Below, piece by piece: positions 23,373 to 33,579 of a stretch of 64,000 nt of DNA. The stretch is from contig CAKPKJ010000002.1 in assembly GCA_934167445.1 (NCBI GenBank), positions 136,023 to 200,022 of the forward strand. The letters are read 5' to 3'. The notes beneath the pieces were generated by a model that worked only from the letters and a program-made list of their open reading frames with translations, was not told the DNA's origin and made no database searches. Source of the DNA: an uncultured Clostridia bacterium (GTDB taxonomy: Bacteria; Bacillota; Clostridia; TANB77; CAG-508). How positions within the stretch are numbered: the first letter of the stretch is position 1; every line of letters starts with the position of its first letter. The position numbers and the translations under genes are program-made.

Positions 23373-24782
23373 ATGAACATATTTGAAATAAATCTTAGAA
23401 AACATATTCCAGAAGTTATTGAAATATACAGTGAAATTTTCGGAAGAGAAAATAAAAAACAAATTGCTGAAAAAATAAATTCAGCTTATTATGTGTATTA
23501 TTTAACAGTTGAAGGAGTAAAACGTTATAAAAATTATTTATTAGATTGCAAAGCAAAAAAATTATATGTAAAATATCTGAGAGAACTAGGTATTGATATT
23601 CCTGAAAATGATGAAGCAATAAGCCACTTAATTGGAAAATATGTGGATAAAACGGCACTTAGCATTCCAAGTGAAGTTCCTCTATATGGAGTGGCTCCAT
23701 TTTTTATTAAATATGATAATCCATCAAATGACGAAATTGCTAGAAGAAATAAAATAAATTTTATTAATGCTTTTAGAGGAGAAGAATATGAAGAAATAGA
23801 TGAGTGGTCATTTGACGAATTTTGCAAATCGCAAGAATATATAGAATTTCTCAAACAAATAAAACCATATTATGATGAATATAAAAAGATAGAAAAAGAA
23901 TACAGAAGATATGAAGCGGAAATAGCAACGATATATGACGAGTATATAAAAAGAGAAGAAAAAAGAAAAAGCACTTTTGATGACGAAGAATTAGATTATA
24001 TATATAATTCAGATGAATTTAAAAGAAACTTTGACACAGACTTAATCTCAGAAGAATATAAAAGAAATTTTGCTATATCAATGCTACTACAAAACGTGGC
24101 AGTATGTCCAACTAAACTAAAAAGAGAAAATAGAGAAAAATATATATCTATAATGTTATATACTCCTAAAAATGATGCTGGAGGAGTGTTAGATTTTATA
24201 TATTTGCACGAAATGTGCCATATAATCGAAACAAGAAATGATAGAGTAGGTTTTGAAACAGAAGTATCTAAACAACCAGCTATAAATTTATATAATAGTA
24301 AATATAGAAAATATGAAAGATTAAATGAAACCGTTACAGATATGATTGCAGGAGAAGCATTAGAAATTGCAAAAGAAAAGGAATTGTATTTCTTTGAAGA
24401 TAAAAAATATGCCAAAGCTGAAGGACACGAAAATATCAATACAAGTGAAATAAATAAAAAGATACTACAACCTTTATATGATATGTATAGAAAAGAAATA
24501 TTAGAAGTAATGTTAACTGGGGATAGACAAAAATTTATAGAAAAAATTGGAACAGAAAATTTTGAAGAAATAAATGATATATTAAATAAAGTTGATTATT
24601 TGGTATATGAAGGACTTATGAAAAGTTTGAAAAAGAAAGAGAGAGAAAAAAATAAAAAAGAAAATGCTAATGTTAAAGAATACAGAGAACAACTTAAGAG
24701 GTTGAAAAAAGTATATGCAAGGGTTGACAGAAGAAAAAACAAAACGACAATTAAAGCAAGCGAAGAGCTCAAAGAGCGATAA
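23373..24782 (+). CDS. hypothetical protein with single HExxH (HEMCH) motif, Lys/Glu-rich C-terminus
   Basis: 469 aa; FIYLHEMCHIIETRND putative zinc-metallopeptidase motif; no other recognisable domain. Confidence 0.5.
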   Translation: MNIFEINLRKHIPEVIEIYSEIFGRENKKQIAEKINSAYYVYYLTVEGVKRYKNYLLDCKAKKLYVKYLRELGIDIPENDEAISHLIGKYVDKTALSIPSEVPLYGVAPFFIKYDNPSNDEIARRNKINFINAFRGEEYEEIDEWSFDEFCKSQEYIEFLKQIKPYYDEYKKIEKEYRRYEAEIATIYDEYIKREEKRKSTFDDEELDYIYNSDEFKRNFDTDLISEEYKRNFAISMLLQNVAVCPTKLKRENREKYISIMLYTPKNDAGGVLDFIYLHEMCHIIETRNDRVGFETEVSKQPAINLYNSKYRKYERLNETVTDMIAGEALEIAKEKELYFFEDKKYAKAEGHENINTSEINKKILQPLYDMYRKEILEVMLTGDRQKFIEKIGTENFEEINDILNKVDYLVYEGLMKSLKKKEREKNKKENANVKEYREQLKRLKKVYARVDRRKNKTTIKASEELKER

Positions 24783-24878
24783 AAGCTGAAAATAGCCATT
24801 CACGGATTTAAAATTTATATTTGATATTGATTGAAGATTATCTAAAGTTGTTGTATAATATGCACTAAGGAGATAAAA

Positions 24879-25991
24879 ATGGAATATATAATTTACTTAA
24901 CAGAAAAATGTAATTTGAATTGTACATATTGCTATGAAAATAAAAGAAATAAAGATATTTTATTTGACAGCATAAAAAAACTAATTGATTATGAAATAGA
25001 AAGAAAAGAAAAATATGCTATTATAGATTTTTATGGTGGAGAACCGCTATTAAAAAAAGATGTTATAAGAGATACTATTGAATATATAAAAACTAAAAAA
25101 AGCAAAACTAGATTTTATTATGGAATAACAACAAATGGAACATTATTAGATGATGAATTTATAAAATATATGTCAAAAAATAATTTTGTTAATATTGCAT
25201 ATAGCATAGATGGAACAGAAGAAACACAAAATTTGAATAGACAAACAATTTATGGTGAAGAGACTTTTAAAATTGTTGAAAAAAATGCAAAAAAGCTTTT
25301 GAAAACGTTTGATGATGCTATAGCTATGACTGTAGTAACCAAGAATAACTTATTGAAATTAAGTGAAAATGTCAAATACTTATTTGAACTTGGATTTAAA
25401 ACAATAAATTTATTATTCGATTATTCACAAGACTGGAATGATGAAGATTTAAAAGATATAATAGAACAGTATGGAAAAGTAACACAAATATATGAAGAGA
25501 AAATCTTACAAGAAGATGATGTGCAAATCCCAGTGATTGATGATAAAATAAAAACATATATAGATGAAAATTACAATTGTAATGAAAACTGTAATTTAGG
25601 AAAAAGTACTATAGTTGTGGGAGTTGATGGAAATTTTTATCCTTGTATACAATTTGTAAATAATTATAGATTTATTATAGGAAACTGCAAGGACGGAATT
25701 GATGTAAAAGCTAAAATAAATTTGATTAAAGAAAATAACAAAGAAAACGAAATATGTAAGAAATGTGCTATTAGAACAAGGTGTAAGCATATGTGTGCTT
25801 GTAGAAATTATAGTTTAACTAATAATATACAGGAATTATCACCAATAGTATGTGAAACTGAAAAGATTTTAATTGAAGTATCTGATAAAATGGCTGAAAG
25901 GTTATATAAACAAAACTCAAAAACATTTATACAAAAGTTTTATAACGAAAATTATAATTGGATTAAAGAAATATCAAAAACAAGAAAGTAA
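24879..25991 (+). CDS. radical SAM / SPASM-domain enzyme (anSME-like)
   Basis: CNLNCTYC (CxxxCxxC) at residues 11-18, TTNGTLLDD, QNLNR, C-terminal auxiliary-cluster cysteines CNENCNLG...YPC...CKKCAIRTRCKHMCAC; own promoter TTGAAG-17-TATAAT upstream. Confidence 0.8.
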   Translation: MEYIIYLTEKCNLNCTYCYENKRNKDILFDSIKKLIDYEIERKEKYAIIDFYGGEPLLKKDVIRDTIEYIKTKKSKTRFYYGITTNGTLLDDEFIKYMSKNNFVNIAYSIDGTEETQNLNRQTIYGEETFKIVEKNAKKLLKTFDDAIAMTVVTKNNLLKLSENVKYLFELGFKTINLLFDYSQDWNDEDLKDIIEQYGKVTQIYEEKILQEDDVQIPVIDDKIKTYIDENYNCNENCNLGKSTIVVGVDGNFYPCIQFVNNYRFIIGNCKDGIDVKAKINLIKENNKENEICKKCAIRTRCKHMCACRNYSLTNNIQELSPIVCETEKILIEVSDKMAERLYKQNSKTFIQKFYNENYNWIKEISKTRK

Positions 25992-26006
25992 AAGAGGGAA
26001 ATAATT

Positions 26007-26435
26007 ATGGAAATAAAAAATGTTGCTAATGAAAATAAAATGAAATATCCAACAAAAAAGCAGATTAAAAAAGATAAGATATTAGATAATATTCCAAGTA
26101 AATGGAGGAAAATAGGAATATCTTCTTTAGTAATGATGATGATAATGAAAGGCACGTCATTGGCGGTGGATCCAGCTCATATACATACTATCGAAGGCGA
26201 TACAAGTGGAATCGAAATGACGCCTTTTACAAAAATAAAAATTTTTGGAACACTAACATTACCATTCATAATATTTATTATAACAGGAGTAATAATATTA
26301 ATAAATAAATTTAAAGCTAGAAAACAAGTCAATTCTAAGAAAACAAAAAGATGGGTAGAGATTCTTTGTGCAATTTCTGCGATAATATGTGCTATTGAAA
26401 TATGGTGGGGATTTATAATGCCTTACATAGATTAG
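26007..26435 (+). CDS. small membrane protein (2 TM) co-transcribed with rSAM enzyme
   Basis: 142 aa, 16-nt spacing to the rSAM stop, AGAGGGAAATAA RBS region, two hydrophobic helices; bidirectional terminator downstream. Confidence 0.55.
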   Translation: MEIKNVANENKMKYPTKKQIKKDKILDNIPSKWRKIGISSLVMMMIMKGTSLAVDPAHIHTIEGDTSGIEMTPFTKIKIFGTLTLPFIIFIITGVIILINKFKARKQVNSKKTKRWVEILCAISAIICAIEIWWGFIMPYID

Positions 26436-26550
26436 GCAAAGCAGTATAGCATAGAATAAATATACTAAAAAAGCTGAGGTAGAAAACTTTTAAAGTTTTT
26501 CAACCTCAACTATTTGCATAGAGCCATTCTATATACTTAATTAAATAATT

Positions 26551-27786
26551 CTACATTGTAATTATTTTTTTAGTAAAATCCATATTACTGCAAGAATCAA
26601 AGTCATATCCAATCGAATAAATGTTAGTAGCACAAACATCTTTTTCAAGCATTAACCTAAGATTTTTATTTGTAGAAGTATCGGCAAAACGTTTTACAGA
26701 AGTTATAATATCAAGTTTAGGGTTGGCTTTAGCAATTTCAGAAAGTAAGAATTGTCCTCGTTTAGTAAAACCTAATACTCTAATATATGGAGTTTGCACT
26801 TTTTTTGATAGTGCCATGTCTTTTTTTGTTATTCCAAGTAAACTATACAGCAAAATTCTCTGAATTCTGGTAGAAGTATATCTTTTGGATTTTATAAGTG
26901 ATAAAAATTCAGTTATAGTATTACAAGAATTAGCTGCTTTTTTTAAAGAATGTTCTAAACCTTCTGAAACATCAGGGAGTTCTTTGATTTCATCTAAAGT
27001 CATTTTTCTTAAATTATAAATTATTTGCCTTTCAAAAACTGAAATGTCAGGAATGATATGACCTTGTTTTATATTATCAATTAAAATTCCATAGCTAGGA
27101 GCTGGAACTAATTTTCTTAATGCTTTAAAATTTCCATTTTTAACAATGTTTCTAATAGCAGTGGCACTTGCAATGTTTCCAGAATAAGAAACATCATTAT
27201 AACCAGCTTCAAATCGTGTAATAGCAACAGGTTCGATTATACTGTTATTTTTTTTCAATGCTTTCATATATTCTAATCCTAAAATGTTATTAGGATTGTT
27301 TAAAATATTTAAATATTTTCTGATATTACCTAGATACAACATTAAAGCATTTTCACGAGCTTTAGGGAAAGAAATTCCTTTTTTTAATTCACTAGATAAT
27401 AATAGTCTGTAAGCTTTAGGTTCTTTATATAATACATCAGCAATTGGACTAAGAATATCCATATCTGAAGTTTCAGCTCCGAAAGCTAGATAATCGACTA
27501 CTTTTAAGGAGTTTAATATTTTTACAGCACCATCAGCAAAGTTTTCTGCACTAGATGTTGCATATAAAGTAGGAAGTTCTAAAACTAAGTCAATACCACA
27601 ATTTAATGCAATTTCAGCTCTAGACCATTTGTCTATAATGGCAGTACTACCACGTTGAGTAAAATTACCACTCATAATAGCAACAGTATATGAAGAACCT
27701 GTGAGCTTTTTGGCTTGTTCTAAATGATATAAATGACCATTATGGAATGGATTATATTCAGCAATAATTCCTAAAACTTTTCCCAT
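26551..27786 (-). CDS. tmcAL: tRNA(Met) cytidine acetate ligase (nucleotidyltransferase YlbM/TmcAL family)
   Basis: MGKVLGIIAEYNPFHNGHLYHL HxGH nucleotidyltransferase motif; AGGAGG RBS before ATG at 27786; track ORF 26551..28425 is an artefactual read-through into antisense of rnhA. Confidence 0.85.
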   Translation of the reverse strand: MGKVLGIIAEYNPFHNGHLYHLEQAKKLTGSSYTVAIMSGNFTQRGSTAIIDKWSRAEIALNCGIDLVLELPTLYATSSAENFADGAVKILNSLKVVDYLAFGAETSDMDILSPIADVLYKEPKAYRLLLSSELKKGISFPKARENALMLYLGNIRKYLNILNNPNNILGLEYMKALKKNNSIIEPVAITRFEAGYNDVSYSGNIASATAIRNIVKNGNFKALRKLVPAPSYGILIDNIKQGHIIPDISVFERQIIYNLRKMTLDEIKELPDVSEGLEHSLKKAANSCNTITEFLSLIKSKRYTSTRIQRILLYSLLGITKKDMALSKKVQTPYIRVLGFTKRGQFLLSEIAKANPKLDIITSVKRFADTSTNKNLRLMLEKDVCATNIYSIGYDFDSCSNMDFTKKIITM

Positions 27787-27946
27787 TATTTCCTCCTTGT
27801 ATAAATTGATTTTTACTGTTATAATACTATCATAAAAAATAGAAAAAAACAATTGTAATTTAAAGTATAAAACTAATATAGTATAAAACAATAGGTTTAT
27901 AGGCAAATCCTTTAATAAAAACCTAAATATATTAAATAAGGAGAAT

Positions 27947-28405
27947 ATGATACTTATAGATATCATAAAAGAAAAAATGGATAAAGTTGTAATATATACA
28001 GATGGAGCTTGTTCTGGAAATCCAGGTCCAGGGGGATGGGGAGCTGTACTGATATATAAAGATAATAGAAAAGAAATTTCAGGAGGAAAAAAAGATACAA
28101 CAAATAATATAATGGAATTAACAGCAGTTGTTGAAGCATTAAAATTGTTAAAACATCCTTGTGAAGTAGAATTATACAGTGACAGTGCATATATTGTGAA
28201 TAGTTTTACACAAGGCTGGATATACGGCTGGATAAAAAATAATTGGAAAACCTCATCTAAAGAACCGGTAAAAAACAAAGAGATTTGGCAAGAATTATAT
28301 AATTTAACAAAAATACATAAAGTTGCATTTAACAAAGTAAAAGGCCATAGTGATAATGAACTAAATAATAGATGTGATGAATTAGCACGTAATGCTATTC
28401 CATAA
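27947..28405 (+). CDS. rnhA: ribonuclease HI
   Basis: [20 protein letters not shown] and [22 protein letters not shown] canonical RNase H. Confidence 0.92.
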   Translation: MILIDIIKEKMDKVVIYTDGACSGNPGPGGWGAVLIYKDNRKEISGGKKDTTNNIMELTAVVEALKLLKHPCEVELYSDSAYIVNSFTQGWIYGWIKNNWKTSSKEPVKNKEIWQELYNLTKIHKVAFNKVKGHSDNELNNRCDELARNAIP

Positions 28406-28577
28406 ATATTACAATTCAATGACATAAAATAAAAACCTTGAAAAAGCTAAATGTTTTAAGTATAATAAAATTGTAGAAAAATGGAACATAAGAAAAATGA
28501 AAAACGTTTAATAAATAATTGATATATATTTTTTTGTTAAATGATTTTAACTCAAAAGAGGAAGGAATGAAAATAAA

Positions 28578-29372
28578 ATGAACACTTTTGCTGAATATAT
28601 TTTAGAAGAACAAGATTTAGCAGCTAAAATGGAAATTGTATATTATTTATCAAAGAAATCAAAAATATTTTTTGACAAATCTGTAGTATTTAAAACAGAA
28701 ATAGCAAGAATGTTTTTAAATTATGCCAAACTAGATATTGATAAGAACCTAATATTAACAGCATGCTTATTGTGTAATGTAAAAAAAATAAATAATGCTC
28801 AAGATATAGAAAGTGTTCATACATATGCAAAAAAGGGAGCCGAATATTTATCTGGACTAGGATTTAACAAAAGATTTTGCAAAATTTGTGAAGAAGTTAA
28901 TAGATATAGCGGAAGTAATCCGAGGGAAAGAGAAAGTGATATATTAGAGCTTGTAGAACAATTTGGCGGAATGCTATTAGATAGGCCAGAAAGAATTGGA
29001 TTCAAACCAGATGAGGCCCTTGTTTTATTAGAACATAGAAATTTAAAAGATACATACAATAGATATCTTGACATCTTTATGGATTTTGTTAATTTTCTAG
29101 AAAAAATTAATATGAGCGAACTAACTAGTATGCCAGCATTAAGGCGACTTGTAAAAATACATAATGAAACTACAAGTATAATGGATTTTATAAAAGAAGT
29201 AGTATATAATTATGAACCTAAAATAGATAAACTTACAGAAAAACAAATGAACAAACTATCAAAAGAAATGTTCGAAGATTTAGAAAATCCTAATAGACCT
29301 TTGTTTAGTGAAGAAGCTGCACAAAGAGTTATGAGACATATTAATGAAGAAACTATAAAAATAAAAGAGTAA
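28578..29372 (+). CDS. hypothetical protein
   Basis: 264-aa ORF with RBS GAGGAAGG; no confident family assignment. Confidence 0.45.
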   Translation: MNTFAEYILEEQDLAAKMEIVYYLSKKSKIFFDKSVVFKTEIARMFLNYAKLDIDKNLILTACLLCNVKKINNAQDIESVHTYAKKGAEYLSGLGFNKRFCKICEEVNRYSGSNPRERESDILELVEQFGGMLLDRPERIGFKPDEALVLLEHRNLKDTYNRYLDIFMDFVNFLEKINMSELTSMPALRRLVKIHNETTSIMDFIKEVVYNYEPKIDKLTEKQMNKLSKEMFEDLENPNRPLFSEEAAQRVMRHINEETIKIKE

Positions 29373-29461
29373 AATAAGCAGTTTGAATAAAAATAAGTAT
29401 TTAAATTAAAATAAGCATTTAGTGTTTTATAAAAAAATAATGCAAAACATGGAGGAAGAAA

Positions 29462-30658
29462 ATGTACGAAATATTTGCAGATTTACATGTACACATAGGA
29501 AGAAGTGAAAACGGAAAACCAATAAAAATAACAGCAGCAAGGTCTTTAAATTTTGCAAACATTGCAAAAGAATGTGCTGATAGAAAAGGAATAAACGTAG
29601 TAGGAATAATAGATTGTGCATCACCTTATGTTATAGAAGACATAGAAAATTTTTTAAAAACAGGTGAAGCATACGAACTAGAAGATGGAGGAATTATATA
29701 TAAAGATAAAGTATGTATAATTTTAGGAAGTGAAGTAGAAACATCAGAAAAAGGTAGAAATGGGAAATCAGGAAGTGCACATAATTTATGCTATTTTCCA
29801 CACTTAAGTGATATAAAAGGTTTTTCAAATGAATTAAGCCATCATTTGAAAAACATAACATTAAGTACACAAAGAACGGATTTATCAGGATATGATTTAA
29901 TAGATATGGTAGAAAAATATAACGGAATATTAGTTCCTGCACATATATTTACACCACATAAAAGTTATTATGGGAATTGTACAGATAGATTGGAATATGT
30001 ATTCAAAGAAAAATTTGATAAGATATTTGCAGTAGAATTAGGACTAAGTTCAGATACATTTTTAGCAGATGAAATTTCAGAAATAGAAAAAAGAGCATTT
30101 TTAACTAATTCAGATGCACATTCTTTACCTAAAATAGCAAGAGAATATAACAAAATGTTAGTTGAAGATATATCGTTTAAAGAAATTGTAAAAGCTATGA
30201 AAAACGAAGATGGCAGAAAAATTATTGCAAATTATGGATTAGACCCTAAACTTGGAAAATATCACAGGACATATTGCGATGATTGCAATGAAACTATAGA
30301 AACAAAAGAACCTGTTGAAAAATGTCCAATGTGTGGAGGAAAAAATGTAACATTTGGAGTTTTTGATAGAATAGAGTTAATAAAAGATAAAAAACAAACA
30401 AAAAGCCCTAAAAATAGGCCACCATATATATATCAAATTCCACTTGGATTTATACCAGGAGTTGGTGGAAAAACAATTCAAAAATTGTTAGATAATTTTG
30501 AAACTGAAATGAATATATTACATAAACTTACAAAAGATGATATAGAAATGGTAGTTGGAGAAAAAGTTGCAAATAATATAGAAAATGCAATAAGGGGAAA
30601 TTGTGAAGTACATGCTGGTGGTGGCGGAAATTACGGAAAAGTCACTGTAAAAAAATAA
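29462..30658 (+). CDS. endonuclease Q-like PHP-domain protein with zinc ribbon (TIGR00375-like)
   Basis: N-terminal ADLHVHIGRS PHP-type metal site, internal CDDC...CPMCGG zinc ribbon, C-terminal GFIPGVGGKTIQKL HhH-like. Confidence 0.6.
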   Translation: MYEIFADLHVHIGRSENGKPIKITAARSLNFANIAKECADRKGINVVGIIDCASPYVIEDIENFLKTGEAYELEDGGIIYKDKVCIILGSEVETSEKGRNGKSGSAHNLCYFPHLSDIKGFSNELSHHLKNITLSTQRTDLSGYDLIDMVEKYNGILVPAHIFTPHKSYYGNCTDRLEYVFKEKFDKIFAVELGLSSDTFLADEISEIEKRAFLTNSDAHSLPKIAREYNKMLVEDISFKEIVKAMKNEDGRKIIANYGLDPKLGKYHRTYCDDCNETIETKEPVEKCPMCGGKNVTFGVFDRIELIKDKKQTKSPKNRPPYIYQIPLGFIPGVGGKTIQKLLDNFETEMNILHKLTKDDIEMVVGEKVANNIENAIRGNCEVHAGGGGNYGKVTVKK

Positions 30659-30723
30659 AATGTAGAGTTCTAAAAATCTCTTTATCGAATACACATTATG
30701 TATAAAAGATAAGGAGATTTTTT

Positions 30724-31359
30724 ATGAAAAATGTTATATTAAAAGTGAAAGAAATAATAAGACAAAATATTATAAACAACAAGAAAGAATACATACTAAC
30801 AGCTTTGATATTTATTATAGGAATATTTTTAGGTGTTTTCTTTATAAATAATATTCAAGAAAGTCAAAGAACAGAAATATCAGATTATTTAAAACATTTT
30901 ATAGAACAAATGAAAAACATAGAAAAGTTAAATAGTCTAAGTCTATTAAAAACGAGTGTAATACAAAATATAATATTAGCAGTATCTTTATGGTTTTTTG
31001 GAACAACTGTAATAGGCATACCGATAGTATTGGGAATAGTATTATATAGAGGTTTTTGTTTTGGATATACAATTGCTGTATCAGTTACCATACTTGGAAT
31101 AACCAAAGGAACTATTTTTTCATTAGTGAATTTCTTGTTGCCAAGTATATTGTTAATACCTGCGATGTTAGCGATAGCTGTTAGTGGAATGAAATTATAT
31201 AGGTCAATAACAAAAGACAAAAGAAGAGAAAATATAAAATTAGAGATATTTAGGCATACAATATTTTCATTAGTTATGTTAATTTTTATGTTAGTGGCAT
31301 CTGTCTTGGAAGTAAGCATTTCTGCCAATATATTGAAAGGAATAATTAAATATTTTTAA
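30724..31359 (+). CDS. spoIIM: stage II sporulation protein M
   Basis: 211-aa polytopic membrane protein immediately upstream of xerD, as is conserved in Firmicutes. Confidence 0.75.
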   Translation: MKNVILKVKEIIRQNIINNKKEYILTALIFIIGIFLGVFFINNIQESQRTEISDYLKHFIEQMKNIEKLNSLSLLKTSVIQNIILAVSLWFFGTTVIGIPIVLGIVLYRGFCFGYTIAVSVTILGITKGTIFSLVNFLLPSILLIPAMLAIAVSGMKLYRSITKDKRRENIKLEIFRHTIFSLVMLIFMLVASVLEVSISANILKGIIKYF

Positions 31360-31464
31360 GGAAAATTGCCAAAATGTATTTACTTTTTTCAAATAGTTTG
31401 ATATAACATATATGGTTTATGTAAATAAATTATTTTTAATATAGATGATAGGGGTAGAGAGAAA

Positions 31465-32346
31465 ATGGAAAGACAATTAAAATTCTTTTTTGAATTTTTG
31501 GAGAATGAGAAAAAATTATCAGAAAATACATTACAATCATACAAAAGAGATTTGAAACAATTCAGAAGATACATAGAAGCTTGTGAAGTTCCTTACAATA
31601 GAGTAAAAGAAGAAGACATCAAAGACTATATTAGAGAATTACAAGAAAATGGTAAAAAACCATCTAGCATTTCTAGATGTATAGCATCAATAAGATCTTT
31701 TTACCAATTTGTATTAAAAAGAAAAAAAGTAAAAATAGATCCAACAGCAAATATACAAGCACCTAAGATAGAAAAAAGAGTACCAAGCGTATTAACATCA
31801 AAAGAGGTAGAACTATTATTAGATCAACCTAAAGATATAGATTTAAAAGGAACTCGTGACAAAGCAATGCTAGAATTTGCATATGCTACAGGGATGAGAG
31901 TAACAGAAATAATATCATTAAATGTAGAAGATGTAAACTTAGAAGAAGGATATGTTACTTGTCATAGTGGAAATAAACAAAGAACTATACCATTAGGAAC
32001 AATGGCATTAAATGCGTTAAGCGAATATATGCAAGACGCAAGAGATATTATGATAAAAGATGAAGGTGAAAAAGCTTTGTTTGTTAATGTAAATGGAAAA
32101 AGATTAACAAGACAAGGATTCTGGAAAATAATAAAATATTATAAAGAACAAGCACATATAACAAAAGATATAACACCACATGTTTTAAGACATTCATTTG
32201 CAACACATCTTTTACAAAATGGTGCAGACTTAAAAGCTATTCAAATGATGCTTGGACATTCAGATATATCTTCAACACAAGTATATATGCAATTCCAAGA
32301 TGGAGGACTAAAAGATATTTATAAAAAAGCACATCCACGTGCTTAA
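31465..32346 (+). CDS. xerD: site-specific tyrosine recombinase XerD
   Basis: SAM-like N-domain; catalytic R..HxxR..Y box (HVLRHSFATHLL, LGHSDISSTQVY). Confidence 0.9.
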   Translation: MERQLKFFFEFLENEKKLSENTLQSYKRDLKQFRRYIEACEVPYNRVKEEDIKDYIRELQENGKKPSSISRCIASIRSFYQFVLKRKKVKIDPTANIQAPKIEKRVPSVLTSKEVELLLDQPKDIDLKGTRDKAMLEFAYATGMRVTEIISLNVEDVNLEEGYVTCHSGNKQRTIPLGTMALNALSEYMQDARDIMIKDEGEKALFVNVNGKRLTRQGFWKIIKYYKEQAHITKDITPHVLRHSFATHLLQNGADLKAIQMMLGHSDISSTQVYMQFQDGGLKDIYKKAHPRA

Positions 32347-32543
32347 TAAAATAATAATAAAAGTTGGGGTAGAAAACAAATCAAGTTTTCTACTCCATTT
32401 TTGAAATCTAATATTAAGTTAACAACTAGACATATGTAATAAAAAAAGATATAATATAATCGAAAAAATAAAAAAAGAGACTAAAAAATAACTATAAATT
32501 TTATTAGAAATAAATTATTTTTTACAATCAGAAAGAGATAAAT

Positions 32544-33020
32544 ATGGAGAAAAAAGTTTTGTTTATATCAAGTACAGGAGGACATTTAAATGAAATGTTG
32601 CAACTGTCACCAATGTTTAAAAAATATGATTATCACATAATAACAGAAAAAGATGACGCAAGTAAAGCTTTAAAAGAAAAATATGGGGAAAAGATATCAT
32701 TTTTACCATATGGTACAAGAAGCAAATTACTTCAATATATATTTAAATATACTAAATTATGTTTTAAGACTGTATATTATTATTTTAAGTTAAGACCAAA
32801 GGTGATAATAACAACAGGAACACACACAGCAGGACCAATGTGCATATTAGGAAAAATATTTGGAAGCAAAGTGATTTATATAGAAACATTTGCTAATAGA
32901 AATAAAAAAACAGCGACAGGAAGGTTAATATATCCAATTGCAGATTTGTTTATCGTGCAATGGGAAGAAATGTTAAAATTATATCCTAAAGCAGTTTATG
33001 GAGGGTCAATTTATCAATGA
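32544..33020 (+). CDS. glycosyltransferase subunit, Alg14/PssD-like (membrane-anchoring half of split GT28-type enzyme)
   Basis: MEKKVLFISSTGGHLNEM motif typical of Alg14/Cps14F/EpsE-type proteins. Confidence 0.7.
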   Translation: MEKKVLFISSTGGHLNEMLQLSPMFKKYDYHIITEKDDASKALKEKYGEKISFLPYGTRSKLLQYIFKYTKLCFKTVYYYFKLRPKVIITTGTHTAGPMCILGKIFGSKVIYIETFANRNKKTATGRLIYPIADLFIVQWEEMLKLYPKAVYGGSIYQ

Positions 33021-33505
33021 TATTAGTATTATTAGGAACACAAAATAATAGTTTTCATAGGCTATTAGAAGAACTGGATAGATTAGTAGAAAAAAAAGTA
33101 ATTAATGAGAAAATAATTGTACAAGCAGGTTATACAAAATATAAATCTAAAAATATGAGAGTATTTGGGCTAATACCACAAGAAGAATTAGAAAGATACC
33201 AGGAAAAAGCAGACTTAATAATTACACATGGTGGAGTTGGTTCAATTATAAGTTCAATAAAAAAAGGAAAGAAAGTAATTGCAGTACCAAGATTGCATAA
33301 ATATAATGAGCACGTAAATGACCACCAATTACAAATAATAGAAAATTTCAATAGTAAAGGCTATATTATAGGAATAGATGATGTGAACCAATTAGAAAAT
33401 GCAATTATAGAAGCCAAAAATTTTGAGCCTAACAAATACGAGACTGCACCACAAGGTGAGAACAAAATAATAAAAATAATAGAAGATTTTATAGATAATA
33501 TTTAA
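33017..33505 (+). CDS. glycosyltransferase subunit, Alg13/PssE-like (GT28 C-terminal catalytic half)
   Basis: ITHGGVGS motif; start overlaps preceding gene by 4 nt (ATGA), indicating translational coupling. Confidence 0.7.
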   Translation: MILVLLGTQNNSFHRLLEELDRLVEKKVINEKIIVQAGYTKYKSKNMRVFGLIPQEELERYQEKADLIITHGGVGSIISSIKKGKKVIAVPRLHKYNEHVNDHQLQIIENFNSKGYIIGIDDVNQLENAIIEAKNFEPNKYETAPQGENKIIKIIEDFIDNI

Positions 33506-33579
33506 AATTTTGCATAGAGGTAAATAAAAATATTTATTAATAATTTTAGAGATTTAAATTTATTTATAATTTTTTAGAA

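Noticed and set aside
26102-26308. 68-aa ORF inside the 142-aa membrane-protein gene
   Set aside because: Alternative-frame overlap with Tyr/Asn/Arg low-complexity sequence and no RBS. The overlapping frame encoding a two-TM protein with proper RBS spacing is preferred.
26551-28425. 624-aa minus-strand ORF in the track
   Set aside because: Its N-terminal 213 aa are a low-complexity antisense read-through of rnhA and the divergent promoter region. The real gene (tmcAL, HxGH nucleotidyltransferase) starts at the internal MGKVLGII with an AGGAGG RBS at 27786.
30676-30723. Hairpin sequestering the spoIIM RBS as a riboswitch-like regulator
   Set aside because: The structure (AAATCTCTTTATC…GATAAGGAGATTTTTT) is most simply the intrinsic terminator of the upstream gene, whose 3' arm happens to contain the AAGGAG of spoIIM. 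There is no evidence for a ligand-binding aptamer.
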